DNA of 64,000 nt from Nanobdellota archaeon (GTDB lineage: Archaea > Nanobdellota > Nanobdellia > Woesearchaeales > GW2011-AR4). Location: NCBI GenBank assembly GCA_038046385.1, contig JBBSWH010000005.1, positions 64,339 through 128,338 of the forward strand. The letters are read 5' to 3'. Below, one piece after another: positions 35,125 through 44,287 of this stretch (positions are counted from its first letter, which is position 1; each line of letters begins with the position of its first letter). The notes under the pieces were generated by a model. It saw only the letters and a program-made list of their open reading frames with translations, did no database searches and was not told where the DNA came from. A program made the position numbers and the translations under genes.

Positions 35125-36191
35125 CTTTCCTGTGCAATCTCTTTAATCTCCTTCAGAAGAACTTCCATGATTTCGCTGTCGTTTATCCTTCTGACTATTT
35201 TTCCATGCTTGTACAGCAGGTGATTTCCCGGTGCGCCAACAATTCCAAGGTCTGCTTTTTTGCTTTCTCCCGGGCCGTTTACAGCGCAGCCCATTATCGC
35301 AATATGAACCGGCTTTTTCATCTTTTCTGTTGCGCCTTCAAGCTGTTCAACAAGCTTTATGACATCAACTTCTGTTCTTGCGCACGTCGGGCAGGATGTG
35401 ATTTGAACGCCGTCGTTTCTTAATCCCAATGATCTTAAAATGTATTTTGCTGTTTTTATTTCTTCTTTTGGATCTTCAGACAATGAAACACGTATTGTGT
35501 CGCCGATGCCTTCTGAAAGCAGCATTCCCATTCCCATTGCAGATTTTATTGCGCCAGGCAATTTTGATCCTGCTTCTGTAACACCAAGATGCAAAGGATA
35601 ATCTGTTTTTGCTGCAAACATCCTGTATGCCTGCACCATCCTTGGAACATCTGAAGCTTTCAATGAAACAATTGTATTGTAAAAATCCAAATCCTCAAGA
35701 ATTTTTATGTGGCGCATTGCGCTTTCTACCATCGCTTCTGCCTTGTAACCATATTTTTCAAACAAATCGCGCTCAAGAGATCCAAGGTTAACTCCGATTC
35801 TTATCGGAACTCCATAATCTTTGCATGCCTTAACAACCTGCTGCACCTTGTCAGTGTTTCCGATGTTTCCTGGATTTATGCGTACTTTGTCAACGTACTT
35901 TACTGCTTCCAATGCAATCCTGTAGTCAAAATGAATATCGACAACAAGAGGGATGCTGATGTTTTCCCTTATTTCCTTCAGAGCTTTTGCAGCTTCCATT
36001 GTCGGAGCAGAAACTCTTACTATGTCGCAGCCGATCTCTTCCAATCCGTGAATCTGTTCAATTGTTGCCTTTGCATCAACAGTATCTGTTGTGGTCATTG
36101 ACTGGATTGGTATCGGTGCATCTCCACCGATGAACAGTTTTCCGACTTTTACTTTGCGGGATTTCCTTCTGATGATGGTGTCTTGAATCAT
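35121..36191 (-). CDS. ispG: HMBPP synthase (GcpE)
   Basis: PIQSMTTTDT, RINPGN, CPTCART, MGCAVNGPGE. Confidence 0.9.
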   Translation of the reverse strand: MIQDTIIRRKSRKVKVGKLFIGGDAPIPIQSMTTTDTVDAKATIEQIHGLEEIGCDIVRVSAPTMEAAKALKEIRENISIPLVVDIHFDYRIALEAVKYVDKVRINPGNIGNTDKVQQVVKACKDYGVPIRIGVNLGSLERDLFEKYGYKAEAMVESAMRHIKILEDLDFYNTIVSLKASDVPRMVQAYRMFAAKTDYPLHLGVTEAGSKLPGAIKSAMGMGMLLSEGIGDTIRVSLSEDPKEEIKTAKYILRSLGLRNDGVQITSCPTCARTEVDVIKLVEQLEGATEKMKKPVHIAIMGCAVNGPGESKKADLGIVGAPGNHLLYKHGKIVRRINDSEIMEVLLKEIKEIAQER

Positions 36192-36223
36192 TTTATTTGT
36201 AGTTTATTTATTTTAAAATTTAA

Positions 36224-36274
36224 TTCCGTGCTTCGCACAGACTTTACAGCTCGCTGGCACCATAACCAGCTCGC
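36224..36274 (+). repeat. Two-hairpin intergenic repeat, copy R3
   Basis: TTCCGT + GTGC-TTC-GCAC + ACA..GCTC-GCTGG-CACCATAA-CCAGC-TCGC, followed by AAATTAATTATAAA. Confidence 0.75.
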
Positions 36275-36298
36275 AAATTAATTATAAAGATTATAAAA

Positions 36299-38281
36299 CT
36301 ATTTTGCTAAAAACTCCGAGATTGATTTTTTTATTCCGTCTTTATCTATTCCTATAAGTTTTTTCTGAATATCCGGTCTTCCGTGCTCGATGAATTCATC
36401 AGGGATTCCAACCATCTTCAGCTCTGATTTTATTCCGTTTTTCTCCAATAGTTCAAGAACTGCGCTTCCAAATCCTCCTGTTACGGTTGATTCCTCAAGT
36501 GTTATTATTTTCTTGAATTTTTTAGCGTATGCTATAATTGTTTTTTCATCGAGAGGCTTTACAAATCTTGCATTTATTATTGAAGCATTGCAGCCAAGCT
36601 CTTCTGATGCCCTCATCGCGTCATAAAGTATCTGGCCTACTCCAATTATCAGTATGTCTTTTCCCTTTTTCATTATTTCAGCTTTTCCAATCTCAAACTT
36701 TTTCATTTCCTGGTCGATTGCAACTCCGACTCCGTTTCCCCTAGGATATCTTATTGCACTCGGTCCATTTATGAGTGTGGCTGTGTAGAGCATGTGCTGC
36801 AGCTCATTCTCGTCTTTTGGAACCATTATTGTCATGTTAGGTATTATTCTCAAGAATGCTGTGTCAAATGGTCCGTTGTGCGTCGGGCCATCATCTCCAA
36901 CCAATCCTGCGCGATCCATTGCAAAAATAACAGGCAATTTTTGAAGTGCAACATCGTGGATTATCATGTCATATGCTCTCTGCAAAAATGTAGAATAGAT
37001 TGCGCACACCGGCTTCATTCCGCTTATTGCGAGGCCTGCTGCAAATGTGACTGCGTGCTGCTCCGCGATTCCAACATCAATTGTCCTTTCCGGGAAAAAT
37101 TTCTCAAATTTATTTAATCCTGTGCCTGATTTCATCGCGGCCGTTATTGCAACGATTTTTTCGTCGTTTGCGGCAACTTTTATCATTGCATTTGCAAAAG
37201 CGTCTGTGTAAGTTATGATATTGCTTTTTGCCGGATGTTTTTTTCCTGATTCGATGTCGAACGGGCTCATGCCGTGGCACTTATCGATGTCCTCGTTTGC
37301 AAATTTGAATCCTTTTCCTTTTTCTGTTTTTACGTGCAGTAGCACCGGCCCTTCCAGATTTTTTATGTTTTGCAAAGCAGGTATAAGTTCGTTAAGGTTG
37401 TGGCCGTCAATAGGCCCGTAGTACTGAAACCCTAAACTTTCAAAGAATGATCCTTCGCTTGTGATTGTTCTTAATCGCTCCTGCACCTTGAAAACCCTTC
37501 CAAGCTCCTCTTCACCCATGCCCGGAATTCTTTCAAGAAGATTTCTTGTTCCCTTCCTTAGCTTGAAGTAGCTTTTATTGAGCACAATCCTGTTAAGATA
37601 GTTTGAAATTGCCCCTACGTTCGGAGAAATACTCATGCGATTGTCATTCAATATTACAAGCATACTTGTTTTCAGGTATCCTGTATTGTTTAAGCCTTCA
37701 AAAGCAAGCCCTGCTGTAAGAGCGCCGTCGCCAATGATTGCAACAACCTTGTGATTTTCTTTTTTGTAATCGCGCGCTTTTGCCATTCCCAAAGCTGCAG
37801 AAATTGAAGTTGAAGCGTGGCCTGCGCCAAAGGAGTCATATTCTGATTCAAAAATATTGCAAAACCCGCATACCCCCTTATACTGCCTTAACGTATGGAA
37901 CTTGTCTTTTCTTCCTGTCACAAGCTTGTGAGTATAGCTCTGATGGCCCGTATCAATCACTATCTTATCCTTTGGGGTATTGAAAACATAATGAACAGCA
38001 AGTGTTAATTCTACTGTTCCTAATGGACCGCCCAAGTGACCGCCGGTTTGAGAGACTGTGTCTATGATTTTGTCCCTGATGTTTTGTGCAAGAATTGGAA
38101 GTTCTTCTACCTTTAATTTCTTAAGGTCTTTTGGAGAGTTTACCTTGTTGAGGAGGTTTATTTTAATCTTTGAGGATTGATTAGGGATTACCTGCAATTG
38201 CTCAGCAATAAGATTACTCTGAGACTTCTTAGATGAAAGCAATTTGTTTAAAGGCTTTTTTTTACTCATCACACACCCCAA
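36299..38281 (-). CDS. dxs: 1-deoxy-D-xylulose-5-phosphate synthase
   Basis: GGHLGGPLG, DTGHQSYTHK, IGDGALT and transketolase-like C-domains. Start may be the ATG at 38269. Confidence 0.9.
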   Translation of the reverse strand: MGCVMSKKKPLNKLLSSKKSQSNLIAEQLQVIPNQSSKIKINLLNKVNSPKDLKKLKVEELPILAQNIRDKIIDTVSQTGGHLGGPLGTVELTLAVHYVFNTPKDKIVIDTGHQSYTHKLVTGRKDKFHTLRQYKGVCGFCNIFESEYDSFGAGHASTSISAALGMAKARDYKKENHKVVAIIGDGALTAGLAFEGLNNTGYLKTSMLVILNDNRMSISPNVGAISNYLNRIVLNKSYFKLRKGTRNLLERIPGMGEEELGRVFKVQERLRTITSEGSFFESLGFQYYGPIDGHNLNELIPALQNIKNLEGPVLLHVKTEKGKGFKFANEDIDKCHGMSPFDIESGKKHPAKSNIITYTDAFANAMIKVAANDEKIVAITAAMKSGTGLNKFEKFFPERTIDVGIAEQHAVTFAAGLAISGMKPVCAIYSTFLQRAYDMIIHDVALQKLPVIFAMDRAGLVGDDGPTHNGPFDTAFLRIIPNMTIMVPKDENELQHMLYTATLINGPSAIRYPRGNGVGVAIDQEMKKFEIGKAEIMKKGKDILIIGVGQILYDAMRASEELGCNASIINARFVKPLDEKTIIAYAKKFKKIITLEESTVTGGFGSAVLELLEKNGIKSELKMVGIPDEFIEHGRPDIQKKLIGIDKDGIKKSISEFLAK

Positions 38282-38351
38282 GACATGAAGTTTAATTATG
38301 ATTTATAAAGGTTATGGAAGATGAAAATTTGCTGGGATTTGGCTTCGTTTC

Positions 38352-38466
38352 GGTTAGCATCGGCTCAGGCTATCTGTATTCTTAAATTAGTTGGCATCCC
38401 CGTAAGGGACTTCCCCCTGCCAACTTATCTACATTAGTAAAATGCCTTCGCATATTGATGCTAACC
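38352..38466. other. Closed multi-hairpin element in the dxs / L1 divergent spacer
   Basis: 10-bp closing stem GGTTAGCATC (38352-38361) / GATGCTAACC (38457-38466). Inner GTTGGCA..TGCCAAC stem enclosing TCCC-CGTAA-GGGA. Confidence 0.5.
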
Positions 38467-38563
38467 TTCAAATTAATGCATAAAATGAACCATAACCTTT
38501 TTAAATGGCCCAAATATCCTAAAGCTTACCCGTTAACTTAACTGTTTCGACAGGAGGGAAAAG

Positions 38564-39244
38564 ATGGAAAAAGAACAAATTCAATCAGCATTAACAAAAG
38601 CCAAAGACATTTCTGGCAAGAGGAATTTCAAGCAGACATACGACTTAATCATAAATCTAAAGGGCTTGGACTTAAAGAAGCCAGAGCACCAAGTTGATTT
38701 ATTCATAGCATTGCCCCATCAAAGAGGCAAGAAAGTAAGCATATGCGCGCTTGTTGGCCCTGAAATGGAGCAGTCTGCAAAGGCAGCATTTGACATGGCA
38801 ATTTCTTCAGATAATTTCGTCAAATACAGCGACAAGAAAGAAATCAAAAAACTTGCAAACTCCTATGACTTTTTCGTTGCTCAGGCAAATATAATGGGAA
38901 AGATAGCAACAGCTTTCGGACGTGTTTTTGGTCCAAGAGGAAAAATGCCGAATCCAAAATCAGGGGGAGTATTTCCGCCAAATGCTAATTTGAAGCCATT
39001 GCAAGAAAAATTGCAAATGACAATAAGAGTTTCTGCAAAGACATCTCCATTGATCCAGTGCCCAATAGGGATGGAAGATATGAAGATGGAACATTTAACA
39101 GATAATGCAATGACAATCTATAATGCAATACTTCACGCACTTCCAAACGAGAAGCACAACATAAAAGACGCTTACATCAAGCTTACAATGGGCAAGCCGG
39201 TAAAGCTTGGAGAAAAACTAGAGGCTGTAAAGGAGCACAAGTAA
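38564..39244 (+). CDS. rpl1: Ribosomal protein uL1
   Basis: AGGAGG SD; typical L1 sequence (NFKQTYDLIINLKG, MPNPKSG). Confidence 0.95.
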   Translation: MEKEQIQSALTKAKDISGKRNFKQTYDLIINLKGLDLKKPEHQVDLFIALPHQRGKKVSICALVGPEMEQSAKAAFDMAISSDNFVKYSDKKEIKKLANSYDFFVAQANIMGKIATAFGRVFGPRGKMPNPKSGGVFPPNANLKPLQEKLQMTIRVSAKTSPLIQCPIGMEDMKMEHLTDNAMTIYNAILHALPNEKHNIKDAYIKLTMGKPVKLGEKLEAVKEHK

Positions 39245-39245
39245 A

Positions 39246-40103
39246 ATGGAACAGGCTCACGTTGCGGAATACAAGAAAGAGATTGTAACCAGCCTAGTCA
39301 AACTCATAAACCAGTACCCTATAGTCGGAATTGTAAATATGGAAAACTTGCCAGCGCCACAGCTGCAGGCAATGAGGGCCCAATTAAGAGGCAACTTCCA
39401 CCTTACAATGACCAAGAGAAGGCTGATAAAACTTGCATTTGAACAGGCAAAATCGACAAAAAAGGGAATCGAGCAGCTTGAAAACCATCTTGGCGGAATG
39501 CCGGCTTTGATATTTACAAAAGAAAATCCATTCAAATTAAGCAGAACCTTGCAAAGAAGCAAGTCACCTGCGCCTGCAAAAGCAGGGCAGACTGCTCCAA
39601 GGGATATCGTAGTCCAGAAGGGATCAACTTCATTCGCACCTGGCCCAATCATAGGAGAGCTTGCAATGGCAGGCATTAAATCAGGAGTTGAAGGCGGAAA
39701 AGTTGCAATCAAAGAAGATTCCATAGTGGCAAGAGCTGGCGAGAAAATCAAGCCAAAGGTTGCAGAAATATTAACGAGACTTGGTGTACAGCCAATGGAA
39801 GTCGGCCTTGATCTTGTTGCTGTTTACGAAAACGGCATAATTTACGGAAGAGATATACTGTCGGTTGATGAGAAAGAGTACAAGCTGAGATTAAACAACG
39901 CAGCAAGATGGTCATTCAACCTTGCAGTATTCGCAGCATATCCTACAAAGTTAACAATCCCAGTTTTAATAGGAAAGGCAAGCAACGAAGCCAAAGCGGT
40001 TGGAGTTGAGGCCAAGATATTGGAAAAGGGAATAATAGAAACGCTTGTTGGAAAAGCTGACGCGCAAATGAAGAGCGTCAAGTCAACGGCAAACTTAGAG
40101 TAA
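39246..40103 (+). CDS. rplP0: Ribosomal stalk protein uL10 (P0)
   Basis: Position after L1, 285 aa, P0-like N-domain. Confidence 0.9.
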   Translation: MEQAHVAEYKKEIVTSLVKLINQYPIVGIVNMENLPAPQLQAMRAQLRGNFHLTMTKRRLIKLAFEQAKSTKKGIEQLENHLGGMPALIFTKENPFKLSRTLQRSKSPAPAKAGQTAPRDIVVQKGSTSFAPGPIIGELAMAGIKSGVEGGKVAIKEDSIVARAGEKIKPKVAEILTRLGVQPMEVGLDLVAVYENGIIYGRDILSVDEKEYKLRLNNAARWSFNLAVFAAYPTKLTIPVLIGKASNEAKAVGVEAKILEKGIIETLVGKADAQMKSVKSTANLE

Positions 40104-40126
40104 TCATAACTATTAAAATAATTTAA

Positions 40127-40222
40127 TTCCGTCGCCCACGAAAATCATTGATTTTCGGGGCCCAGAAAATTTATAATTTTCTTGGGCTTCGCGACAAAAA
40201 TTAGGCGGCCCACATTGGCCGC
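40127..40222 (+). repeat. Two-hairpin intergenic repeat, copy R4, with two extra hairpins nested in hairpin 1
   Basis: TTCCGT + GTCGC[CCACGAAAATCATTGATTTTCGGGG + CCCAGAAAATTTATAATTTTCTTGGG]CTTC-GCGAC + ACA..GCGGCC-CACATT-GGCCGC + AAATATATAAA. Confidence 0.7.
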
Positions 40223-40258
40223 AAATATATAAATTAAGTTAACTAGGAGGTAAACAAA

Positions 40259-40570
40259 ATGGAATACGTGTATGCAGCAATGTTGCTTCACAAAGCAGGG
40301 CAGAAAGTTGAAGAAGCTTCTGTAAAGAAAGTGCTAGAGGCAGCCCACGTCAAAGTTGACGAGGCAAGAGCTAAGGCATTAGTAGCAGCTTTGGAAGGAG
40401 TCAACATAGAAGAAGCTATAGAAAAAGCAGCAGTTGCACAGGTTGCAGCAGCACCAGCAGCATCCGGAGAGCACAAGCACGAAGGAAAGGCTGACCACAA
40501 CAAAAAAGCAGCAGAAGAGAAGAAATCAGAAGAATCTGCAGCAGCTGGTCTTGGCGCTTTGTTCGGATAA
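40259..40570 (+). CDS. rpl12: Ribosomal stalk protein P1 (L12)
   Basis: [12 protein letters not shown]-terminus, Ala-rich hinge, acidic GLGALFG tail; AGGAGGT SD. Confidence 0.9.
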   Translation: MEYVYAAMLLHKAGQKVEEASVKKVLEAAHVKVDEARAKALVAALEGVNIEEAIEKAAVAQVAAAPAASGEHKHEGKADHNKKAAEEKKSEESAAAGLGALFG

Positions 40571-40599
40571 GCTTATGCTGACAAAGGGAAAGCAAGTTC

Positions 40600-41490
40600 A
40601 TGACATCACAGCAAAAAGAGCTAGTTGCAGAACTGCAAAAGTTTAGGGAAGAAGTATCCTCGCTTAGAGGTACTCTCGATTCCTTAAATAATGAAAAAGA
40701 ATCTTTCTTTCATAAAAAAGATGAAGCTTCAAAAAGAATAAAGGAGCTTATCGGCAAGATAAAAGACGTCAAGGACAAAAGAGACTCTTTCACAAAGGAA
40801 GTAAAAGACCTTAAAGTGAAAAGAGACGAATTAAACAAGCTAATTTCTGAAAAATCAACTGTTTTAAATAAGATAAAGAAAGAAAAGGATTCAATTCTTG
40901 GTTCGCTTGACATGAAGGAGTCTCCTTCAAGGATAAAACAGCAGATGGAAAAACTGGAATTCACGATTGAAACAGAGGCTATTTCTTTTACTAAGGAAAG
41001 AGAGATAATGAAAAAGATAAAGGGGCTTAGAAAAGAATATGATAACTGCAGCGTTCTTGATTCTTTCAGCAAAAAAATAAGGGAAGTCGCATCTGAATTA
41101 AGCGAACTGAAAAAAGAATCAAACATCATTCACAGGAATGTGCAGGAAAAGGCAAAGATGAGCCAGACAATGCACGAGGAAATTCTGAAACTTTCTCCAG
41201 AAATTGACAAGCTGAGATCAGAAGAAAAAGAAGCTTTTGAGAAATTCTCTGAGCTTAAGAAGCAGTTTCACGATGCCAATGACGGCCTGAAAGGAAAACT
41301 CAAGCCGATGAATGAGATAAGGGGCGAGCTTGACAAGATAAAAGGCGAAAGAATCGATAAAAGAAGGCATGATGAAGAATCTCTTTTGAAAAGCATGGAA
41401 GACAAAATCAATGAGAAAATCAAAAAAAGGCAGAAATTAACAACAGAAGATTTGATTGCTTTCCAGGGAATTAAAAGAAAAGAAGATTAA
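40600..41490 (+). CDS. Archaeal coiled-coil protein (COG1340-like)
   Basis: 296 aa, Lys/Glu-rich heptad sequence throughout. Confidence 0.5.
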   Translation: MTSQQKELVAELQKFREEVSSLRGTLDSLNNEKESFFHKKDEASKRIKELIGKIKDVKDKRDSFTKEVKDLKVKRDELNKLISEKSTVLNKIKKEKDSILGSLDMKESPSRIKQQMEKLEFTIETEAISFTKEREIMKKIKGLRKEYDNCSVLDSFSKKIREVASELSELKKESNIIHRNVQEKAKMSQTMHEEILKLSPEIDKLRSEEKEAFEKFSELKKQFHDANDGLKGKLKPMNEIRGELDKIKGERIDKRRHDEESLLKSMEDKINEKIKKRQKLTTEDLIAFQGIKRKED

Positions 41491-41514
41491 TCCCGAAAAG
41501 CGGAGATTTCCGAT

Positions 41515-42468
41515 ATGAAAAAAATTCTTGTGACAGGCGCAGCAGGCCAAATCGGGTCAGAATTGGTGCCGAAGTTAAGAGAGCTGTATGGGAATGAAAA
41601 TGTTATTGCATCAGACCTTGGCACGAAGTCCAATGAAGAGCTGAAAAACGGCATTTTCATCAATGTTGATGTCACAAATTTTAATGAGATTGACGGCGCA
41701 ATAAAAAAACATAATATTGGAAAAATATTCCATCTTTCTTCTATATTATCTTCGCTGGGAGAGCAAAAGCCCCAGTTGGCTTACAGTGTTAATTTTGACG
41801 GCTTATACAATATACTTGAAGCATCAAGATTAAATAATATTGAGAAATTGATTGTTCCAAGCTCTATAGCCGCTTTCGGGCCTGAAACCCCTCGAATAGA
41901 TACACCTGATGATACTATCCAGAAGCCAACAACCATATACGGAATTTCAAAAGTTTTTGGAGAATTGATGGGCAATTATTATTTTAGAAAGTTTGGGCTT
42001 GATGTAAGAGGAGTTCGTTTTCCCGGAATAATAAGCTGGAAAACAGAGCCGACAGCAGGAACAACTGATTACGCTGTTGCCATTTTCTATGAAGCAATAA
42101 GTAAAAATCCATACCCTTGCTATCTTGGACCAAATACGAGGCTTCCGATGATGTACATGCCAGACGCAATAAAAGCATTGGTTGATTTGGAAAAGGCTAA
42201 TGTAAAAATGCTGAAAAATCAAGCGGTATTCAATGTTGCTGCAATGAGCTTTACTCCGGAAGATATTGCAAAAGAGATAAGAAAAAGGATTCCTAACTTT
42301 AAGCTTACTTATGAAATTGACCCAAGAAGGCAGGCAATTGCAGACTCGTGGCCGGAATCGCTGGATGATTCTGAAGCAAGAAAGCAATGGAATTGGAAAC
42401 CGGACTGGAATATCGGCGCAATGACAGATGACATGCTTTCCAATTTAAAGAGGAAACTTAAACAATAA
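41515..42468 (+). CDS. tdh: L-threonine 3-dehydrogenase, GalE/epimerase-like SDR type
   Basis: VTGAAGQIGSEL Rossmann motif, YGISK catalytic motif, adjacent to kbl. Confidence 0.75.
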   Translation: MKKILVTGAAGQIGSELVPKLRELYGNENVIASDLGTKSNEELKNGIFINVDVTNFNEIDGAIKKHNIGKIFHLSSILSSLGEQKPQLAYSVNFDGLYNILEASRLNNIEKLIVPSSIAAFGPETPRIDTPDDTIQKPTTIYGISKVFGELMGNYYFRKFGLDVRGVRFPGIISWKTEPTAGTTDYAVAIFYEAISKNPYPCYLGPNTRLPMMYMPDAIKALVDLEKANVKMLKNQAVFNVAAMSFTPEDIAKEIRKRIPNFKLTYEIDPRRQAIADSWPESLDDSEARKQWNWKPDWNIGAMTDDMLSNLKRKLKQ

Positions 42469-42572
42469 AATTTAAATTATCCATTGTTTATGTGATAAAA
42501 ATATAAATAAGTTAAATTTTAAGTGTCAAAAATCACAGAATTATAATTAAAAAATATTAGGTAATTTTTGAA

Positions 42573-43754
42573 ATGAAACCGGATGAAATATTCAGGGAAG
42601 AAGTTGAAAGGCTGAAAAGCGAGAGCATAAACTGGGCGCCGAAAACGCTGCAGAGCGCCTCTTCCAACAGGAGCGTTTACGACAATAAAGAGGTCATCCT
42701 TCTTTGTTCTAATAATTATCTTGGATTAGCAAATCATCCTAAATTGATACAGGCTTCAATTGACGCGACGAAGAAGTATGGCGCAGGCTCAGGGGCTGTG
42801 CGCCCGATATCAGGCACAATGGAACTGCACCTTGAGCTTGAAAGAAAAATTGCAAAATTCAAAAAAACAGAAGCCGCGCTTTTTTACCAGTCAGGCTTTG
42901 CCGTAAATGCCGGCCTGATACCGGCAATACTGCAGGACGGGTGGCTTGTTGTCAGCGATGAACTTAATCACGGAAGCATAATTGACGGAATAAGGCTGTC
43001 GAAAGCAGAGAAAGCAGTTTATGCTCATTGCAACATGGAAGACTTGAGAAAAGTCATGAAAGATTATTCAAAGAAAAGTTATAAAGCGATTATGATAATA
43101 ACAGACGGTGTTTTTTCGATGGACGGGGATATTGCGCCGCTTGATGAAATTTATGAGATTGCGCAGGAATATAATGCAATGACTTATGTTGACGATGCCC
43201 ATGGAGACGGAGTTCTTGGAGAAAATGGAAGGGGAGCAGCATTCTATTTTGGGCTGCACGGAAAAATTGATGTTGAAATCGGCACATTTTCAAAAGCATT
43301 TGGAACAGTCGGAGGGTACATAAGCGGGAGCAAGAATTTAAGGGAGTATGCCCTGAACAAGTCAAGGACTTGGCTGCTTTCGGGTTCGCATCCTCCGGGA
43401 GTTGTTGCGTCGTGCATTGCTGCAATTGATGTTCTTGAAGAGAATCCTGATTTAGTGAAGACTTTGTGGAAGAACAGGGAATTTTTTATAAAAGGCCTTA
43501 AAGACCTTGGATTTGACACCGGGTTATCGCAGACTCCGATTGTCCCTGTGATGCTTAAGGATTCCGGGCTTGCTAGAAAATTTTCGCAAAGGCTGTTTGA
43601 CGAGAATGTTTATGCATTGCCGATTGTTTTTCCTATGGTTGCAAAAGACAAAGCAAGAATAAGAAATCAGGTTTCTGCTGCACATACTCTTGAGGATTTG
43701 AAAGAAGCATTGAATGCTTATGAGAAGATTGGAAAGGAATTAAAGGTTATTTAG
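42573..43754 (+). CDS. kbl: 2-amino-3-ketobutyrate CoA ligase (glycine C-acetyltransferase)
   Basis: SNNYLGL, DDAHG, TFSKAFG PLP-lysine context. Confidence 0.85.
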   Translation: MKPDEIFREEVERLKSESINWAPKTLQSASSNRSVYDNKEVILLCSNNYLGLANHPKLIQASIDATKKYGAGSGAVRPISGTMELHLELERKIAKFKKTEAALFYQSGFAVNAGLIPAILQDGWLVVSDELNHGSIIDGIRLSKAEKAVYAHCNMEDLRKVMKDYSKKSYKAIMIITDGVFSMDGDIAPLDEIYEIAQEYNAMTYVDDAHGDGVLGENGRGAAFYFGLHGKIDVEIGTFSKAFGTVGGYISGSKNLREYALNKSRTWLLSGSHPPGVVASCIAAIDVLEENPDLVKTLWKNREFFIKGLKDLGFDTGLSQTPIVPVMLKDSGLARKFSQRLFDENVYALPIVFPMVAKDKARIRNQVSAAHTLEDLKEALNAYEKIGKELKVI

Positions 43755-43773
43755 AAAAAAATAAATTCTTAAT

Positions 43774-44013
43774 TTACTGCTTGGTAAATTCACAATATTT
43801 GCAGTGGCCGCAATACAGCCTGTTTGCGTGCTTTGCCATGAACACTCCAGGTCCGCATTTTGGGCATGACTTGTTTTTTCTCTCGAGCTTGTCGCCTGCC
43901 TTGGTGTAAAGGTTCCAGACTCCTTTTTTTGATCCTGCTTTGCCGCCGGATTTGCCTGCCGCCTTTGCTGCCGGTTTTGGTGGTGCTGCCATTTTATTTA
44001 GCCTCTGCTGCAA
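43774..44013 (-). CDS. rps27ae: Ribosomal protein eS31 (S27ae)
   Basis: CPKCG..CGHC zinc ribbon with a Lys-rich N-terminus. Confidence 0.9.
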   Translation of the reverse strand: MQQRLNKMAAPPKPAAKAAGKSGGKAGSKKGVWNLYTKAGDKLERKNKSCPKCGPGVFMAKHANRLYCGHCKYCEFTKQ

Positions 44014-44287
44014 CTTTCTTGACCTTTATTTTAGGCTCGATAAGCTGCCTTTTTGCCTCGTCAGCATAAACATAAGCAACAACATCCGCTGTCTTGCTTC
44101 CGAAATGATTGTTAACTGTCCTTATTGCAACAAGCTTCTCATCTGATTTTAAATGGGATGCAAGCGCTTTTATTATGTCTGCGTATGGTGGTGTTGAATT
44201 ATCAAATTCCAATGATGCTGTGACCATTGTCCTTGAAAGCAATGGCTCGTGGTTTTTGTTTGTTACTTTAAGATCCATCATATTCAC
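43994..44287 (-). CDS. rps24e: Ribosomal protein eS24
   Basis: NEPLLSR-like NHEPLLSRT motif; 97 aa. Confidence 0.9.
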   Translation of the reverse strand: MNMMDLKVTNKNHEPLLSRTMVTASLEFDNSTPPYADIIKALASHLKSDEKLVAIRTVNNHFGSKTADVVAYVYADEAKRQLIEPKIKVKKVAAEAK

